NCBI GenBank assembly: GCA_046583355.1
Contig: JAYGCM010000087.1
Coordinates: forward strand, 46,988-110,987
Direction: 5' to 3'
Length of the DNA stretch: 64,000 nucleotides
Origin: Deltaproteobacteria bacterium
Lineage (GTDB): Bacteria; Desulfobacterota; Binatia; UBA12015
Shown here piece after piece: positions 62,397 to 64,000 of this stretch. The notes beneath the pieces were generated by a model. It ran no database searches, was not told the origin of the DNA, and was given only the letters and a program-made list of their open reading frames with translations. A program made the position numbers and the translations under genes. Numbering within the stretch: the first letter of the stretch is position 1; every line of letters starts with the position of its first letter.

Positions 62397-64000
62397 TCAG
62401 AAAGAGTAGCTGAGCTCTGCGCCGAAGGTCCGCGGTATGCGGTAGAGCCGCTCCGTGACGCCGAAGGTTGCCGCCAGCGGGGTGACGTAGTCGATCACTT
62501 CCTGGTTCAGCATATTCCGTGACCAGAGGGCGACCTGCGCTTGGCCGTCGAAGAACTCGTAGGATAGGCGCCCGTTGATCAGGTTTATACCACCTTGGCG
62601 TCCGGCTTGGAGCTCGCGACCGGAGTAGTAGATCTCACTTGTATAGGCCCATTCGAGACGCGGGGTCAGGTAGCCGTCGAGCCAGGCCGGTCCGCCGGCT
62701 GCGATGGGGAGTGAGTATTGGACCGAGAGGAAGGTCGAAAGCTGCGGGATGCCGGCAAAGCTCTCGCCCGAGCGGTTGATCTCGAGTCCGTCGAAATCGG
62801 AGATCGCGGGGTTGAAGTTGCCATAGACGGCAGCGATCGCTCCGATCGAGCCCTGTACGATCAGGCCCTCGGTCGGGCGGGCCAGAATCTCGAGCTCGAT
62901 GCCGCGGGTGGTTGCGGCCGCGGCGTTCTGGGTGAGGCGGACGATATCGTTCACGCCGTCATTATTGAGGTCGCCGAGATCTTTGACGCTGGTGACCTGG
63001 ATATCGTCGTAGATGCCGAAGAAAACGGCGAGGTTGGCCGACACGCGCTGGTCGAGGAAGATCGTTTTGAGGCCGACTTCGAAATTGTCGAGAACTTCCG
63101 GTCCGAAGCTTTCGAGGTCCTCGACCACGACTCCGTCGCGCAGCGGCCCGGGGACCGCGTTGAAGCCACCGCCCTTGAAACCCTGCGAGTAGGTGAAATA
63201 CCCCATGACGTGGTCGAAGAGTGTCCCGTCGAGGAACTCTTCGGGCATGGTTGCCGCGATACTCGCCATCGGCGTCACGCGGCGGAAAACCGCGGAACCG
63301 CTGCCGGCAAATACATTTTCGCCCGAGAGCGCATCCCATTGGTCCAGTAGGGCGCCTTTCTTGTCTTCGCTGTAGCGCACGCCGGCGGTGCCGTTGAGCC
63401 AATCCATGATCTCGAGTGTGGCCTGCGTGTAGAGGGCCCAGGTCCAATTGTCGATGTCGATCTCCGCGTAGGTATTGCGGTTGATCCCGAAGGAGGCGCC
63501 GCGGAATTGGATATCAACCGCAGTATTAGTGGGCTCGAAGGCAGTCTCCCAGAAGCCGAACGCGCCGCCGACGAAATGGAGGCGCTCGTCCCAGGTGCTG
63601 GCGTTGAGCTGAATCTCCTGGGAGATCTGCTGCGCGGTGCTGGTTTCGCCGTCGAGCGGGAGTCCGGCTTCACCGGTCTGGCCGCCGACCGCGGCGCGCG
63701 CGACCACGGGCATGATGGTCATATCGGTGTCGCCGCGAAAGCGCGTCTTCTGCTCGCGCCAGGAGGTCAGGGATTTCACCGCGAGGCCTTCGATGGGACC
63801 GATATCGCCAATATCCCAGGCGACGGTGGCCCACGCGCCGTAGCTGCGCAGGTCGAAGAGCATCGGGGTATCGGCGTTGGTCAGGTAGGGCTCGGTGCGC
63901 TTGCAGGCCTCTTCAAAGCCCTCCGATTGCAGGCCGGTCTCGCGAACCACGACGCATTGCGCGGCGCGGTTGCGGTTATGCTCGCGCGTCCAGGTGCCCG
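62397..64000 (-). CDS. TonB-dependent receptor, C-terminal beta-barrel portion (5' end lies beyond the window)
   Basis: Ends ...TFGAELSYSF with the terminal aromatic residue typical of OM beta-barrels. Barrel-type alternating pattern throughout. No plug domain in the window, so the gene start lies beyond 64000. Confidence 0.8.
   Translation of the reverse strand, partial: GTWTREHNRNRAAQCVVVRETGLQSEGFEEACKRTEPYLTNADTPMLFDLRSYGAWATVAWDIGDIGPIEGLAVKSLTSWREQKTRFRGDTDMTIMPVVARAAVGGQTGEAGLPLDGETSTAQQISQEIQLNASTWDERLHFVGGAFGFWETAFEPTNTAVDIQFRGASFGINRNTYAEIDIDNWTWALYTQATLEIMDWLNGTAGVRYSEDKKGALLDQWDALSGENVFAGSGSAVFRRVTPMASIAATMPEEFLDGTLFDHVMGYFTYSQGFKGGGFNAVPGPLRDGVVVEDLESFGPEVLDNFEVGLKTIFLDQRVSANLAVFFGIYDDIQVTSVKDLGDLNNDGVNDIVRLTQNAAAATTRGIELEILARPTEGLIVQGSIGAIAAVYGNFNPAISDFDGLEINRSGESFAGIPQLSTFLSVQYSLPIAAGGPAWLDGYLTPRLEWAYTSEIYYSGRELQAGRQGGINLINGRLSYEFFDGQAQVALWSRNMLNQEVIDYVTPLAATFGVTERLYRIPRTFGAELSYSF

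Overview
High-GC (about 68-70%) bacterial chromosomal window with roughly 50 protein-coding genes and one tRNA-Ala(CGC); genes are tightly packed and often translationally coupled. I saw no CRISPR array, no integrase or transposase, and no rRNA.

Main content, in order along the window:
- 1-2000: a 5'-truncated APC amino-acid permease gene, an RRM glycine-rich RNA-binding protein, and a secreted protein carrying eight C-X3-C pairs.
- 2000-13980: a GST-like gene, then a divergent sensor histidine kinase / NtrC-type sigma-54 activator pair. These sit immediately upstream of a candidate sigma-54 promoter that may drive a 1262-aa secreted Ca-loop (FG-GAP-like) repeat protein, a cytochrome-c-like (PSCyt-like) lipoprotein with a non-canonical C-X4-C-H motif, and a phosphodiesterase.
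- 14000-18100: a lipoprotein, a SulP/STAS anion transporter, and oligoendopeptidase F.
- 18100-19514: a lower-GC islet (about 55% GC) with a palindromic operator-like site, a 65-aa ORF and a DmpG/HMGL-like aldolase.
- 19543-23729: a minus-strand operon of a Baeyer-Villiger-type FAD monooxygenase, a hypothetical protein, an LLM (luciferase-like) oxidoreductase and a GT4 glycosyltransferase.
- 23911-34270: a large polytopic membrane protein (putative GT-C), panE, tRNA-Ala, an acyl-CoA synthetase, an SRAP/YedK peptidase, a PadR-like regulator, aat, leuC, leuD and a metallophosphoesterase lipoprotein.
- 34466-44812: a hopanoid locus. shc, an embedded HMG-CoA synthase homologue, hpnC, hpnD, hpnE and a GT2 gene are chained by 4-7 nt overlaps. 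Convergent to them are hpnH, hpnG and an aldose-1-epimerase-family gene.
- 44846-58946: a hybrid sensor kinase with a degenerate receiver, a Kef-type CPA2/RCK antiporter, an IU-type nucleoside hydrolase coupled to an APH-family sugar-kinase-like gene, two giant multi-domain glycosyltransferases, a ferritin-like di-iron protein and glpD.
- 59073-64000: two large TonB-dependent receptors, the second truncated by the window edge.

Start codons are uncertain for several genes because the ORF track shows GTG/TTG starts as M and the high GC generates long spurious antisense ORFs.
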